Below are positions 63,754 through 64,000 of a stretch of 64,000 bases of DNA, piece after piece. Position 1 is the stretch's first letter, and the number at the start of each line of letters is the position of its first letter. A model generated the notes under the pieces. It worked only from the letters and a program-made list of their open reading frames with translations. It had not been told where the DNA came from and searched no databases. This DNA comes from Candidatus Omnitrophota bacterium. Its GTDB lineage: Bacteria; Omnitrophota; Gorgyraeia; Gygaellales; Profunditerraquicolaceae. The translations under genes and the position numbers were made by a program. The stretch covers positions 21,630-85,629 of the forward strand of contig JAQURC010000006.1 in NCBI GenBank assembly GCA_028715785.1, given 5' to 3'.

Positions 63754-64000
63754 ATGTTTCCGTTGTTAATCTCCGTAATCCTGCTTTTGTTAAAAGGGGA
63801 AAGATTGCGGGCCGGCCTGGTCAAGATATCCGCCTTAGCCATTTCTTCGGCAGCCATTGCCCTGCTCATAAGCACTTTCCATCGAAGTATCCAGTATTTT
63901 AAAGCCGAATCCCATCTGGTTGATAAAATCATGTTTTTTACGGAATGGGCTTTGGCAGGTTATATTTTATATTTAGGGTTAAAATTCAAACGCGCCCGCC
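63754..64000 (+). CDS. Partial hydrophobic membrane protein (3' end outside window)
   Basis: Frame open from ATG 63754 (or in-frame TTG 63730, 7 nt after AAGGAG) to the window end. MFPLLISVILLLL...ISALAISSAAIALLI...WALAGYILYLGL. It reminded me of the N-termini of NuoL/Mrp-type subunits, but I cannot support that. Confidence 0.35.
   Translation, partial: MFPLLISVILLLLKGERLRAGLVKISALAISSAAIALLISTFHRSIQYFKAESHLVDKIMFFTEWALAGYILYLGLKFKRAR

Noticed and set aside
1-64000. CRISPR arrays, tRNA/rRNA genes, transposases, integrases, prophage or defence genes
   Set aside because: The dispersed palindromic repeats are single or paired copies without regular repeat-spacer periodicity, and there are no cas-like ORFs. 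No intergenic segment folds into an obvious cloverleaf or shows rRNA-like conservation. No ORF shows DDE, tyrosine- or serine-recombinase, or known defence-system motifs.

Overview
This is a 64-kb bacterial window in which every gene I can support (about 51) lies on the + strand. My guess, from memory of repeat and gene styles only, is an uncultivated PVC/Omnitrophota-like lineage. The window divides into five blocks.

1. 1-7.5 kb: a degenerate phosphoglycerate-kinase paralogue, an 1848-aa membrane-anchored protein with a SecA-like DEAD-motor core, and a tandem-PilZ c-di-GMP receptor.
2. 7.6-20.6 kb: a carbohydrate locus. It holds a sugar ABC importer, two paralogous clan GH-A hydrolases, a tandem beta-sandwich (CBM-like) protein, a TPR/PKD-like protein, and ROK and LacI regulators.
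3. 20.7-25.7 kb: housekeeping genes nrdJ (with NrdR-box-like palindromes), mnmG and a QueG-like Fe-S protein.
4. 25.7-46.1 kb: a phosphate-starvation island. It holds phoB/phoR-like genes, a receiver-only PhoB paralogue, a porin, two complete pst-phoU operons (the second with two complementary-degenerate PstB subunits), arsC, TPR proteins and a 1448-aa membrane protein. Four 11-bp-periodic Pho-box arrays lie in front of these units.
5. 46.2-63.6 kb: a nitrogen island. It holds Lrp plus an aminotransferase, GAF-ANTAR plus glutamine-dependent NadE, DedA, a sigma-70-family factor, OMP-amtB-glnB, type III glutamine synthetase, a mini Fis/NtrC-type HTH protein and gltBD.

The three nitrogen transcription units each carry the same 31-nt motif followed by a leader terminator. 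I rank this as the best candidate for an undescribed regulatory system, followed by the two giant membrane proteins.

Intergenic DNA is populated by at least five families of palindromic or MITE-like repeats. Some of these contribute start codons, stop codons or in-frame insertions, including three inside gltB. I saw no rRNA, tRNA, CRISPR array, transposase or phage gene.
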